Source of the DNA: Sandaracinaceae bacterium
GTDB taxonomy: Bacteria; Myxococcota_A; Polyangia; Polyangiales; Sandaracinaceae
Reading direction: 5' to 3'
Assembly: GCA_044220955.1 (NCBI GenBank)
Contig: JBGAQA010000122.1
Span: forward strand, 1 to 18,010
DNA length: 18,010 nucleotides
Shown: piece after piece, positions 1-7,915 of the stretch
Layout: each line of letters starts with the position of its first letter
How positions within the stretch are numbered: the stretch's first letter is position 1
Made by a program: the position numbers and the translations under genes
The notes under the pieces: model-generated
Databases searched by the model: none
Told to the model about the DNA's origin: nothing
What the model saw: only the letters and a program-made list of their open reading frames with translations

Positions 1-426
1 GGTCAGCGCGAAGGTGACCACCCGCGCGAGCAGCGGACGCGCGGCCAGCCCCGGCGCGACCCGCGCGAGGACGGCGTCGAGCACGAAGAGCACGATCGCG
101 AGCGCGAGGTTGCCGAGCGGGCCGGCGGCGGCGACGAGGAGCATCCCGCCGCTCATCGACACGGACGAGCGGAAGCGGGTCGGCTGGACGGGGACGGGCT
201 TGGCCCAGCCGAACGGGATCCCGAGCAGCGGAAGGAGCACGGTGCCGATGGGGTCGAGGTGCGCGAGCGGGTCGAGCGTCATCCGACCGAGCTTCTCGGC
301 CGTGTCGTCGCCGAGCGCGTACGCGACGCGCGCGTGCGCCCACTCGTGGACGCCGAGCGAGATCCAGAGCGGGATCAGGAAGAGCGTGCGCTCGAGGAGC
401 GTGTGCAGAGCCCAGCTGGCGCTCAT
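1..426 (-). CDS. Site-2 protease family (M50, YwhC-like) intramembrane zinc metalloprotease; 3' end runs off the window
   Basis: Not in the ORF track. Manual translation from ATG at 426: MSASWALHTLLERTLFLIPLWISLGVHEWAHARVAYALGDDTAEKLGRMTLDPLAHLDPIGTVLLPLLGIPFGWAKPVPVQPTRF...VAAAGPLGN. Shows HExxH (334-348), GDxTA...GRxTLxPLxHxDPxG, GWAKPVPV and AGPxxN, all typical of M50. Confidence 0.93.
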   Translation of the reverse strand, partial: MSASWALHTLLERTLFLIPLWISLGVHEWAHARVAYALGDDTAEKLGRMTLDPLAHLDPIGTVLLPLLGIPFGWAKPVPVQPTRFRSSVSMSGGMLLVAAAGPLGNLALAIVLFVLDAVLARVAPGLAARPLLARVVTFALT

Positions 427-441
427 CGGCCGGCGCCGTCC

Positions 442-1926
442 TCAGCCCGCATCCGGCTGCTCGGCCACCGGCGCGCGCAGCAGCTCGAAGCGCTCCACCG
501 GCTCCGCGCCTTGCGCGCGGATCGAGACGACGTCCGAGCGCGTCAGCACGAGCGCACCGCCCGCGGTCTCGAGCTTGAGCGAGAAGGGGTCGGCCCAGAC
601 GACCGTGCCGGTGTGGAGGTCGCCGCCGCGCACGCGCACCTCCACCGCCAGCGCGCTCGCCGGCTGCGTGACGCCCGAGCTCGCGGCGGTGAGCAGCGCG
701 TCGAGCCGGTCGAGCTGGGTCGACTTCGGCTTGAGGCTCAGCGCCGCGCGCTCGAAGTCGGCCTGGGTCAGCTGCGGCGGCGTCCCCCCGCGCCGCGCCG
801 CCGCCATGGCGGCGACGTTGCAGATCTGCTCGAGGTCCGCGCCGCTCGCCTCGGGTGTGAGGGCCGCGATCGCGGCCAGATCCACGTCGGGCGCGAGCGG
901 CTTGTTCCGCGTGTGCACCTCGAGGACCGTCTGCCGGTCGAGCGCCGAGAAGTCGCCCACGCGCAGCGTGACGTCGAAGCGCCCCGGCCGGAGCAGCGCG
1001 GGATCGAGGACGTCCGCGCGGTTGGTCGCGGCCACGACGACGACGCGCCCGCGCGCTCCGAAGCCGTCGAGGCAGACGAGGAGCTGATCGAGCGACTGCT
1101 CGCGCTCCTGGTGCGTGAGCGACGCGCTCGCGCCGCCGCGCTTGCGGCCGATGGCGTCGAGCTCGTCGATGAACACGACGCAGGGCGCCTTCTTCTTCGC
1201 CTCGTCGAAGAGGTCGCGCACGCGCGCGGCGCCGACGCCGACGAAGAGCTCGACGAATTCCGAGCCGGAGACCTCGAAGAAGGGGAGCTTGGACTCGCCC
1301 GCGAGCGCCTTGGCGAGCATCGTCTTGCCGAAGCCGGGCGGGCCCTCGAGCAGGATGCCCTTCGGTGCCCGCGCGCCGGCGACCTCCCATTTCGCCGGGT
1401 GCTTCAGGAAGTCGACCGTGTCGCGCAGGTACGCCTTCGCCTCCGCCGAGCCGCCGACGTCGGCCCACCCGACCTTCGGCGTCTCGCCGACGAGGCGCGC
1501 CGTCGTCTTGCGGAGCGAGAGCACGCTGCCGGCGTTCCCCTGTGCGCGTCGCACGAAGTAGAGGAAGAGCCCGAGGACGAGCACGACGACGCCGAGCACG
1601 ACGATCACGGTGGTCCACGGGCCGCTTCGATCGGGCGGGTCCGCGTGCCAGCCCACCTCGACCCCGTGGGCCTCGAGCGCTTCGGCGAGGGTGGTCGTGT
1701 ACGTCGCGTCGACCGGGTACTCGCCGCCGCCGACGCGCGTGACGTAGATGCGGTCCTCGCGATCGACGCTCACGAGCGCGACCCGGCCTGCTTCGAGGTC
1801 CGCGTAGAGCGCGCTCGCCGGCTGGCGCGGCGCATCGCCTCCGTCCTCGGAGACGAGCGCGTAGATGCACCCGAAGAGCACGATCAGGGCTACCCAGACG
1901 ACGAACGTTCGGAGGCGCGGCGACAT
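442..1926 (-). CDS. FtsH-like membrane-anchored AAA+ ATPase lacking the M41 protease domain, with a putative Sm/Hfq-like C-terminal domain
   Basis: Two hydrophobic helices flank an FtsH-type extracytoplasmic segment. Walker A GPPGFGKT, pore loop FVGVG, Walker [32 protein letters not shown], lid [10 protein letters not shown]. No HExxH after the AAA module. ATG 1926 preferred over the upstream GTG at 1947. Confidence 0.9.
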   Translation of the reverse strand: MSPRLRTFVVWVALIVLFGCIYALVSEDGGDAPRQPASALYADLEAGRVALVSVDREDRIYVTRVGGGEYPVDATYTTTLAEALEAHGVEVGWHADPPDRSGPWTTVIVVLGVVVLVLGLFLYFVRRAQGNAGSVLSLRKTTARLVGETPKVGWADVGGSAEAKAYLRDTVDFLKHPAKWEVAGARAPKGILLEGPPGFGKTMLAKALAGESKLPFFEVSGSEFVELFVGVGAARVRDLFDEAKKKAPCVVFIDELDAIGRKRGGASASLTHQEREQSLDQLLVCLDGFGARGRVVVVAATNRADVLDPALLRPGRFDVTLRVGDFSALDRQTVLEVHTRNKPLAPDVDLAAIAALTPEASGADLEQICNVAAMAAARRGGTPPQLTQADFERAALSLKPKSTQLDRLDALLTAASSGVTQPASALAVEVRVRGGDLHTGTVVWADPFSLKLETAGGALVLTRSDVVSIRAQGAEPVERFELLRAPVAEQPDAG

Positions 1927-1947
1927 CGGCGCGAGCCTACGACGCAC

Positions 1948-1986
1948 GTAAGGCTCGTGTAAGGCGGTCTTTGACCGAGCTCTTAC
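1948..1986. promoter_or_regulatory. GTAAGGC direct repeat (11-bp period) plus an inverted CTTAC half-site in a divergent promoter region
   Basis: GTAAGGC at 1948-1954 and 1959-1965; CTTAC at 1982-1986. The geometry resembles OmpR/PhoB-family tandem boxes. Confidence 0.4.
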
Positions 1987-2032
1987 GGGCCCCCCTCGCG
2001 CGCGCCGTCACGCTCGCGCCTGGAGGTTCACG

Positions 2033-2206
2033 ATGACGCTCTCACCAACGAGGTGCTTGCTCCCGCTCACGCTCGCCGCGTTCGCCGCCTGCGGCGCGCC
2101 GGGGGATCACGCGGGCGAGCGGGCCGAGCCGCGCCCGAGCGACGGCGGCGAGGTGCCGGCGCTCACCGTGCTCGAGGTCGAGGGCTCGACCGCCACTGCG
2201 AACTGA
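2033..2206 (+). CDS. Small (57 aa) putative lipoprotein
   Basis: GGAGG at 2022-2026, ATG at 2033. MTLSPTRCLLPLTLAAFAA-C-GAPGDHAGERAEPRPSDGGEVPALTVLEVEGSTATAN*, with a hydrophobic stretch, lipobox-like FAAC and GC3-rich codons after the signal. Confidence 0.65.
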   Translation: MTLSPTRCLLPLTLAAFAACGAPGDHAGERAEPRPSDGGEVPALTVLEVEGSTATAN

Positions 2207-2273
2207 CCCGAGCCGCGCCGGTGTGCGTCGTACCCGGGCTTCGCCTACGGTTGGCGCCCTCAGGAGGCTCTCG

Positions 2274-4634
2274 ATGGCGAAGGCGATTCGGCGCGTGGCG
2301 GTTCTCGGCTCGGGCGTGATGGGCAGCGGCATCGCCGCGCACATGGCCAACGCGGGGCTCGAGGTGCTCTTGCTCGACATCGCGCCCAAGGATCCCAAGA
2401 CGCCGCGGAGCGGCGTCGCCGCGGCGGCGCTCGCCGGGCTCGCGAAGGCCAAGCCGGCAGCGTTCTTCCACCCGTCGAACGCCAAGCTCGTGAGCGTCGG
2501 CAACCTCGACGACGACCTCGCGAAGGCCGGCGCGTGCGACCTGATCGTCGAGGCGATCGTCGAGCGGCTCGACATCAAGCGCTCGCTCTTCGAGAAGCTC
2601 GAGAAGGTCGTCCAGGATCACACCATCGTCGCGTCGAACACGAGCGGCCTGCGCATCCACGACATGGTCGAGGGGCGCAGCGAGGGCTTCAAGAAGCGCT
2701 TCCTCGTGATGCACTTCTTCAACCCCGTCCGCTACATGAAGCTCCTCGAGCTCGTCGCGGGCCCCGAGACCGATCCCGCGACGGTCGCGACCATCGCGGC
2801 GCTCGGCAAGGAGGCGCTCGGCAAGGGCATCGTCGTCGGCAAGGACACGCCGAACTTCGTGGGCAACCGCATCGGCATCCACTCGATGATGACCACGATC
2901 CACCTGATGCTCGAGATGGGCCTCACGCCCGAGGACGTGGACAACATCACCGGCGTGCCGATGGGCCACCCGAAGAGCGCGTCGTTCCGCACCGCGGACA
3001 TCGTCGGGCTCGACACCTTCGTCCACGTGGCCGACAACTGCTTCGAGGCGCTGCCGGACGACGAGGAGCGCGCCGTCTTCGAGGTGCCGCTTTTCATCCG
3101 CTCGATGGTCGAGAAGAACATCCTCGGCGACAAGACGAAGGGCGGCTTCTACAAGCGCGACAAGGGCGACACGCTGACGCTGGATCCCAGCGCGCTCGCC
3201 TACCGGCCCAAGGGCGGCGACGCGGACATCGCCAAGGCGACCAAGGAGATCTCGAAGATCGAAGACCCGAAGGCGCGCGTGACGGCGCTCGTGAAGGCGA
3301 GGGGCAAGGTCGGCAAGTTCTCGTGGAAGGTGCTCTCGCGCGCGCTCGCGTACGCCGCACGGCGCATCGGCGAGATCACCGACGACGTCGTCGCGATCGA
3401 TGACGCCATGAAGTGGGGATACAACTGGGAGCTCGGTCCCTTCGAGACGTGGGACGCGCTCGGCTTCAAGAAGACGCTCGTCCGGATGAAGAAGGACGGC
3501 ATCGCGATCCCGGCGCGCATCGAGGAGATGGCGGGCAAGGGCGCGCGGAGCTTCTACAAGCAGACGAAGAAGGGCCTCGCGGTGTGGAGCTTCGCCGAGG
3601 GCAAGCACGTGCTGCGGCCGTCGGACCCGCGCGAGCTCCCGCTCGCGAAGGTGCGGCGCGGCGAGGCGCCAGTCCTCGCGAACGCGGGCGCCGAGGCGTG
3701 GGATCTCGGCGAAGGCGTGCTCGGCGTCACGTTCAAGACGAAGGCGAACAGCATCGACCCGGACGTGATCTCGATGCTGCACCAGGCGGCGGAGCGGGCG
3801 GAGACGGACTTCCGCGCGATCGTGATCGCGAACGAGGGCGAGCACTTCTCCGTCGGCGCGAACCTCTTCGGCGTCGTCGTCGCGGCCGGCCAGAAGCAGT
3901 GGGACGAGCTGCGGACGATGGTGAAGGGCTACCAGTCGGCCACGCAGCGCCTGAAGTACGCGCGCGTGCCGGTCGTCGCGGCGCCCTACGGTATGACCCT
4001 CGGCGGCGGTCTCGAGCTCTGCTTCGGCAGCGACGCGACGCAGGCGGCGGCCGAGACGTACGCGGGCCTCGTCGAGGTCGGCGTCGGCCTGATCCCCGGC
4101 GGCGCGGGCACCATGAACATGCTCTGGCGCGCGCTCGACGCGAACGTGCAGGGCGCGACCATCGACACCTACGCCATCGTCACGCAGGTCTTCAAGAACA
4201 TCGCCCTCGCGAACGTCGCCACGAGCGCCGTCGAGGCGCAGCACTTCGGCTACTTCAAGAAGTCGGACGGCGTGAGCTTCGACCGCGCGCGCCAGCTGCA
4301 CGAGGCCAAGGCGCGCGCGATCGGCCTGGCCGAGAGCGGATACCACCCGCCGATCCCCCGCGCGCACGTGCTGCCCGGCGAGAACGGCATCGCCACGCTG
4401 GGCATGATGATCGACACGCTCGTCGCGGGCGGCTACGCGAGCGCGCACGACGCGCTCATCGCGCGCAAGCTCGCCGTCGTGCTCTCGGGCGGCGCGGGCG
4501 GCCACACACACGAGGTCACGGAGCAGGAAGTGCTCGACCTCGAGTGCGAGGCGTTCCTCTCGCTCGCTGGCGAGCCGAAGAGCCAGGAGCGCATGCAGTT
4601 CATGCTGATGAACAACCGTCCTCTGAGGAACTGA
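2274..4634 (+). CDS. fadN: 3-hydroxyacyl-CoA dehydrogenase / enoyl-CoA hydratase (FadN-type, dehydrogenase N-terminal)
   Basis: AGGAGG at 2262-2267. Rossmann VAVLGSGVMGSGIA, EAIVE, ASNTSGL, HFFNPVRYMKLLE, KDTPNFVGNRIG, WELGPFETWD; crotonase part FSVGANL, LGGGLE, GLVEVGVGLIPGGAG; C-terminal PLRN. Confidence 0.93.
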   Translation: MAKAIRRVAVLGSGVMGSGIAAHMANAGLEVLLLDIAPKDPKTPRSGVAAAALAGLAKAKPAAFFHPSNAKLVSVGNLDDDLAKAGACDLIVEAIVERLDIKRSLFEKLEKVVQDHTIVASNTSGLRIHDMVEGRSEGFKKRFLVMHFFNPVRYMKLLELVAGPETDPATVATIAALGKEALGKGIVVGKDTPNFVGNRIGIHSMMTTIHLMLEMGLTPEDVDNITGVPMGHPKSASFRTADIVGLDTFVHVADNCFEALPDDEERAVFEVPLFIRSMVEKNILGDKTKGGFYKRDKGDTLTLDPSALAYRPKGGDADIAKATKEISKIEDPKARVTALVKARGKVGKFSWKVLSRALAYAARRIGEITDDVVAIDDAMKWGYNWELGPFETWDALGFKKTLVRMKKDGIAIPARIEEMAGKGARSFYKQTKKGLAVWSFAEGKHVLRPSDPRELPLAKVRRGEAPVLANAGAEAWDLGEGVLGVTFKTKANSIDPDVISMLHQAAERAETDFRAIVIANEGEHFSVGANLFGVVVAAGQKQWDELRTMVKGYQSATQRLKYARVPVVAAPYGMTLGGGLELCFGSDATQAAAETYAGLVEVGVGLIPGGAGTMNMLWRALDANVQGATIDTYAIVTQVFKNIALANVATSAVEAQHFGYFKKSDGVSFDRARQLHEAKARAIGLAESGYHPPIPRAHVLPGENGIATLGMMIDTLVAGGYASAHDALIARKLAVVLSGGAGGHTHEVTEQEVLDLECEAFLSLAGEPKSQERMQFMLMNNRPLRN

Positions 4635-4636
4635 CC

Positions 4637-4716
4637 GGGGCGGATCCCGGCGAAGACGGGGGCGCGGCGGCCGGCGGCATCATGCCGAGCCGCCAGGCAC
4701 ACCCGGCGTCCGCCCC
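4637..4716. repeat. Nested inverted repeats between convergent genes (possible bidirectional terminator/REP-like structure)
   Basis: GGGGCGGA (4637-4644) pairs with TCCGCCCC (4709-4716); inner GGCGGC...CGGCAT-C-ATGCCG-A-GCCGCC. No poly-U tail. Confidence 0.4.
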
Positions 4717-4779
4717 TCGAACGCTCGTCGATCGACCAGCGGCAGCGAGGAACGCGACGCCGAGCGCGCGCGAGGGCCA

Positions 4780-6780
4780 TCAGAGGGACAGCATCCCCAC
4801 GCTGCTCGGCAGCCCGTAGCTCGTCGCCTGCAAGGGGACCATGACGTCCACGAAGCGCACGTCGTGATGGAGGCGCTCCGGATCGTAGGCGTCGACCTGG
4901 ATGCACGCGCCGATCGGGACGTCGCGAACCGTGCCCTCGAAGAGGTCCACCGACGTGTGCGTGGAGGCCGTGTCGTCGCCGACGAGCACGCCGCAGATCG
5001 CGGCGTGTGACGTCTCGAAGCGCGTCACCGTGAGCGCGGCGCCGTGATAGCCCGCCAGCGCGTGTCCGCCCGCGGGCGCGGCACACCCCGGATCCTCGCA
5101 GTAGGCGTCCACGCCCTCGATCGTCACGTCGCTGGCGCTCAGGCTCCCCCCGTTGAGTGCGCCGAGGCCGACGAGGCGCGCGCCGACGATGGCGATCCGC
5201 GAGGCCGTGAGCGTCGAGTCCTGCTCCGACGTGATGGCCGGCCCCGTGACGTCCGCGACGCGTACGTCCGTGAGCGTCAGCGCCGAGCCTTGGTAGGCGT
5301 AGATGGCTTGGCGCACGAGCCGAGAGGCGCTGGCGCGTGTGAGTGTGCCCGTCGCGCCGCTTTGGACGATGAACGCCATCGCGGCCGGGCCCGCGGGCGA
5401 GCTCGTGACCTCGGCCACCGTGAGATCCTCGACGTCGACGGTCGTGCCGGGATCCGTGCCGGCGACCGCGACCAAGACGGCCCGCGCGACCCACGCACGC
5501 CTCAAGATCAGCGCGCCTGCGCTCTTGGCGACGGCGCCCAGGCCCCCGTAGGCGCCCGTCCCCGCGAGATCGCGGATGAGGATGTCGGTGCCCTCGAGCC
5601 GCGACCCGGCGTCTGCCACGCCGAGCCCGAGCCCGAGGTGCTCGAAGCGCGCGCGCGTGAGGCGGACGCTCGCCCCGGTCTGCGCGCCCGCGCCGAGTCC
5701 GTCGCTCGTGTCGGCGCGGCCGTCGCGCGCGACCACGTCGCTCGCCTCGAGCGTCGCGCCGCTCGCCGCTCCGAGGGCGTCGCCGTGGTTGCCTTCGAAC
5801 ACCGCGCGCGAGATCACGGCGCGCGTCCCCGTCGTCTCCGCCAGGACGCCGACGGCGAGGTTCGCAGCGTCGATCCCGGTGCAGTCGACGACGGCGAGAT
5901 CGCTCGCCTCGAGCGCACCGCCCCGGTTGATGAAGACCCCGACGTCGGCGCAGCGGTCGATGACGACCGTGTCGAGGACGAAGTGGTGCCCGGCACCGCC
6001 GCTGCCATCGACCCCGCGGCCGAGGCCGGCGCTCGCGGTGATCCGTCGGAGCGCCACGTGACGGACCGACACGTCGTTCGGTGCGGTCCCGCTGAGGATC
6101 GCCCCGATGCGCGCTCCGTCGATCACCACGTCCTCGATCGTGGCGGGGCCCCCGTTCGCGAGCACGCCCGGGCGGGACGCGCCGTCGATCGAGACGTTGC
6201 GGACCGCCCCCGCACCCTCGAGAAAGATCACCGCGTCGGAGTCCGTGCCCGGGCGGGAGGACGTGAGGCGCGTCCCGTCCACGCACGCGCCGCGCAGCTC
6301 GAGCCCGCTCGGAACGACGACGTCCTCGTCGTAGCGGCCCGTCGCGATCGCGATCACGGCGCTCGGCGGGGCGGCCGCGATCGCGGCGCCGAGGGTCCGG
6401 AACGGATGGGCGCGTGATCCGTCCCCGCCGCTCGCCGCTCCGTCGTCGACGTGCACGATCGCGCGGTCGGTCGGGAGGTCGGCGGGCCAGCCGTCGGCTG
6501 CGCACGCGCTCCCGATGCGCTCGCAGCCCGGATGCCCGGGGAAGTGAGCCTCGTCGAACGCACAGTCCGTGCGTCGCCCACCCTCCGGCCACGGATCGCA
6601 GACGGCGGGCGCGCCCGGGATCTCGCGCCAGCCCTCGGGGCACGGCGTGAGGACGACGTCGGCCGGCGGCGCGGGCGGCGCGGCGAGCCCTGCGTCGCCC
6701 TGTGGCCTCGGACCGGTGTCCGCGCTCTGCGGAGGAGCCGCGCAGGAGAGGAGCAGCAGGGTGAGGGCGCTTCGGTACAT
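4780..6780 (-). CDS. Lipoprotein with Cys-rich N-terminal module and DUF1565/right-handed parallel beta-helix (pectin-lyase-like) domain
   Basis: MYRSALTLLLLSC lipoprotein-like signal from ATG 6780. VHVDDGAASGGDGSRAHPFRTLGAAIAAA...IAIATGRYDE is the typical beta-helix N-cap, followed by repetitive GV/GL...LEASDxxV beta-coils. Confidence 0.8.
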   Translation of the reverse strand: MYRSALTLLLLSCAAPPQSADTGPRPQGDAGLAAPPAPPADVVLTPCPEGWREIPGAPAVCDPWPEGGRRTDCAFDEAHFPGHPGCERIGSACAADGWPADLPTDRAIVHVDDGAASGGDGSRAHPFRTLGAAIAAAPPSAVIAIATGRYDEDVVVPSGLELRGACVDGTRLTSSRPGTDSDAVIFLEGAGAVRNVSIDGASRPGVLANGGPATIEDVVIDGARIGAILSGTAPNDVSVRHVALRRITASAGLGRGVDGSGGAGHHFVLDTVVIDRCADVGVFINRGGALEASDLAVVDCTGIDAANLAVGVLAETTGTRAVISRAVFEGNHGDALGAASGATLEASDVVARDGRADTSDGLGAGAQTGASVRLTRARFEHLGLGLGVADAGSRLEGTDILIRDLAGTGAYGGLGAVAKSAGALILRRAWVARAVLVAVAGTDPGTTVDVEDLTVAEVTSSPAGPAAMAFIVQSGATGTLTRASASRLVRQAIYAYQGSALTLTDVRVADVTGPAITSEQDSTLTASRIAIVGARLVGLGALNGGSLSASDVTIEGVDAYCEDPGCAAPAGGHALAGYHGAALTVTRFETSHAAICGVLVGDDTASTHTSVDLFEGTVRDVPIGACIQVDAYDPERLHHDVRFVDVMVPLQATSYGLPSSVGMLSL

Positions 6781-6851
6781 CGGAACGAAGGCTACTCCCT
6801 CAAGCTCGTTCGAGGCATTGACGTGCGCGTGTCGGGGCGTAGACGGGACCC

Positions 6852-7904
6852 ATGACACGCGTGCTCGTCACGGGCGCTGGCGGGCACATCGGCAACAACC
6901 TCGTCCGCGACCTCGTCGCGCATGGCTACGAGGTCGTGGGCCTGGTCCGCGAGGCGAGCGACACGACGGGCCTCACGGGCGTCGCCGTGAAGCTCGCGCG
7001 CGGCGACGTGCGCGACGCGGCGGCCGTCGGGCGCGCGACGGAGGGCTGCGAGCTCGTCTTCCACCTCGCCTCGCCCTACGCGACGTGGGCCAAGGATCCG
7101 GCGACCATCGTCGAGCCCGCCGTCCGCGGCGTGGAGAACGTGCTGCGCGCCGCGAAGGAGCGCGGTGTCCGGCGCGTGGTCGTCACGAGCAGCAGCAACG
7201 CCGTCGGCTTCTCGCTCGATCCGCAGAAGCCGCGCGACGAGACGCAGTGGAACGATCGGACCAAGAGCCCTTACATCCGCGCCAAGAACGAGCAGGAGAA
7301 GAGGTGCTGGGCGCTCGCCGAGGAGCTCGGCCTCGACGTCGTCACGGTACTGCCGACCGCGGTGCTCGGCCGCTTCGACTACCGCCGCACGCCGACGACG
7401 GGGCCCTTCGTCGACGCGCTCACCGGCAAGGGGCCCGTGCCCTTCGCCATGAACCTCGTCGACGTCCGGGACGTCGCGCGGACGCACGTGCTCGCCGCGG
7501 AGCGCGGCAAGGCGGGCGAGCGCTACCTCGCGGGCGGCTACGACGCCGACGTGAAGACGATCGCGACGATGATCGAGCAGGTCACCGGCAAGCGCCCGGC
7601 CGAGGGGCTGCCGCCGCTCTGGGTGCTGCGCATCGTCGCATCGATCGCCGGCCCGCTCGCGCACCTGACGGGCAAGGCGCCGATGATCACGAACGAGCTG
7701 CTCGACGACGCGGCGGGCGGCAATGCGGTGTTCGACTGCAGCAAGGCGCGAAGGGAGCTCGGGCTCGAGCCGAAGAAGCCCGACGAGGTCGTGCGCGAGG
7801 CGGTGCGCTGGGCCCTCTTCATGGGCTGGCTGCCGCCCGCGCTCGCGGAGCGCGTCCGCGCGACCTCGGCGCCCGAGGCCGGCTGGCCCGCGCCGCGCGC
7901 CTGA
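6852..7904 (+). CDS. NAD-dependent epimerase/dehydratase (extended SDR, dihydroflavonol reductase/HpnA-like)
   Basis: VLVTGAGGHIG, GDVRD, VFHLAS, VVVTSSS, catalytic YIRAK (YxxxK), VDVRDVARTH, GERYL. Confidence 0.92.
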   Translation: MTRVLVTGAGGHIGNNLVRDLVAHGYEVVGLVREASDTTGLTGVAVKLARGDVRDAAAVGRATEGCELVFHLASPYATWAKDPATIVEPAVRGVENVLRAAKERGVRRVVVTSSSNAVGFSLDPQKPRDETQWNDRTKSPYIRAKNEQEKRCWALAEELGLDVVTVLPTAVLGRFDYRRTPTTGPFVDALTGKGPVPFAMNLVDVRDVARTHVLAAERGKAGERYLAGGYDADVKTIATMIEQVTGKRPAEGLPPLWVLRIVASIAGPLAHLTGKAPMITNELLDDAAGGNAVFDCSKARRELGLEPKKPDEVVREAVRWALFMGWLPPALAERVRATSAPEAGWPAPRA

Positions 7905-7915
7905 ATTAGCGCCGC

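Noticed and set aside
442..760. ftsH pseudogene truncated by a frameshift
   Set aside because: The frame stays open with GC3-rich codons to a stop 15 nt before the next gene, leaving no room for an M41 domain, and I saw no HEAGH-like motif in the tail.
6852..7904. Calling the SDR hpnA (hopanoid pathway)
   Set aside because: Family resemblance only; no squalene or hopene genes are nearby.
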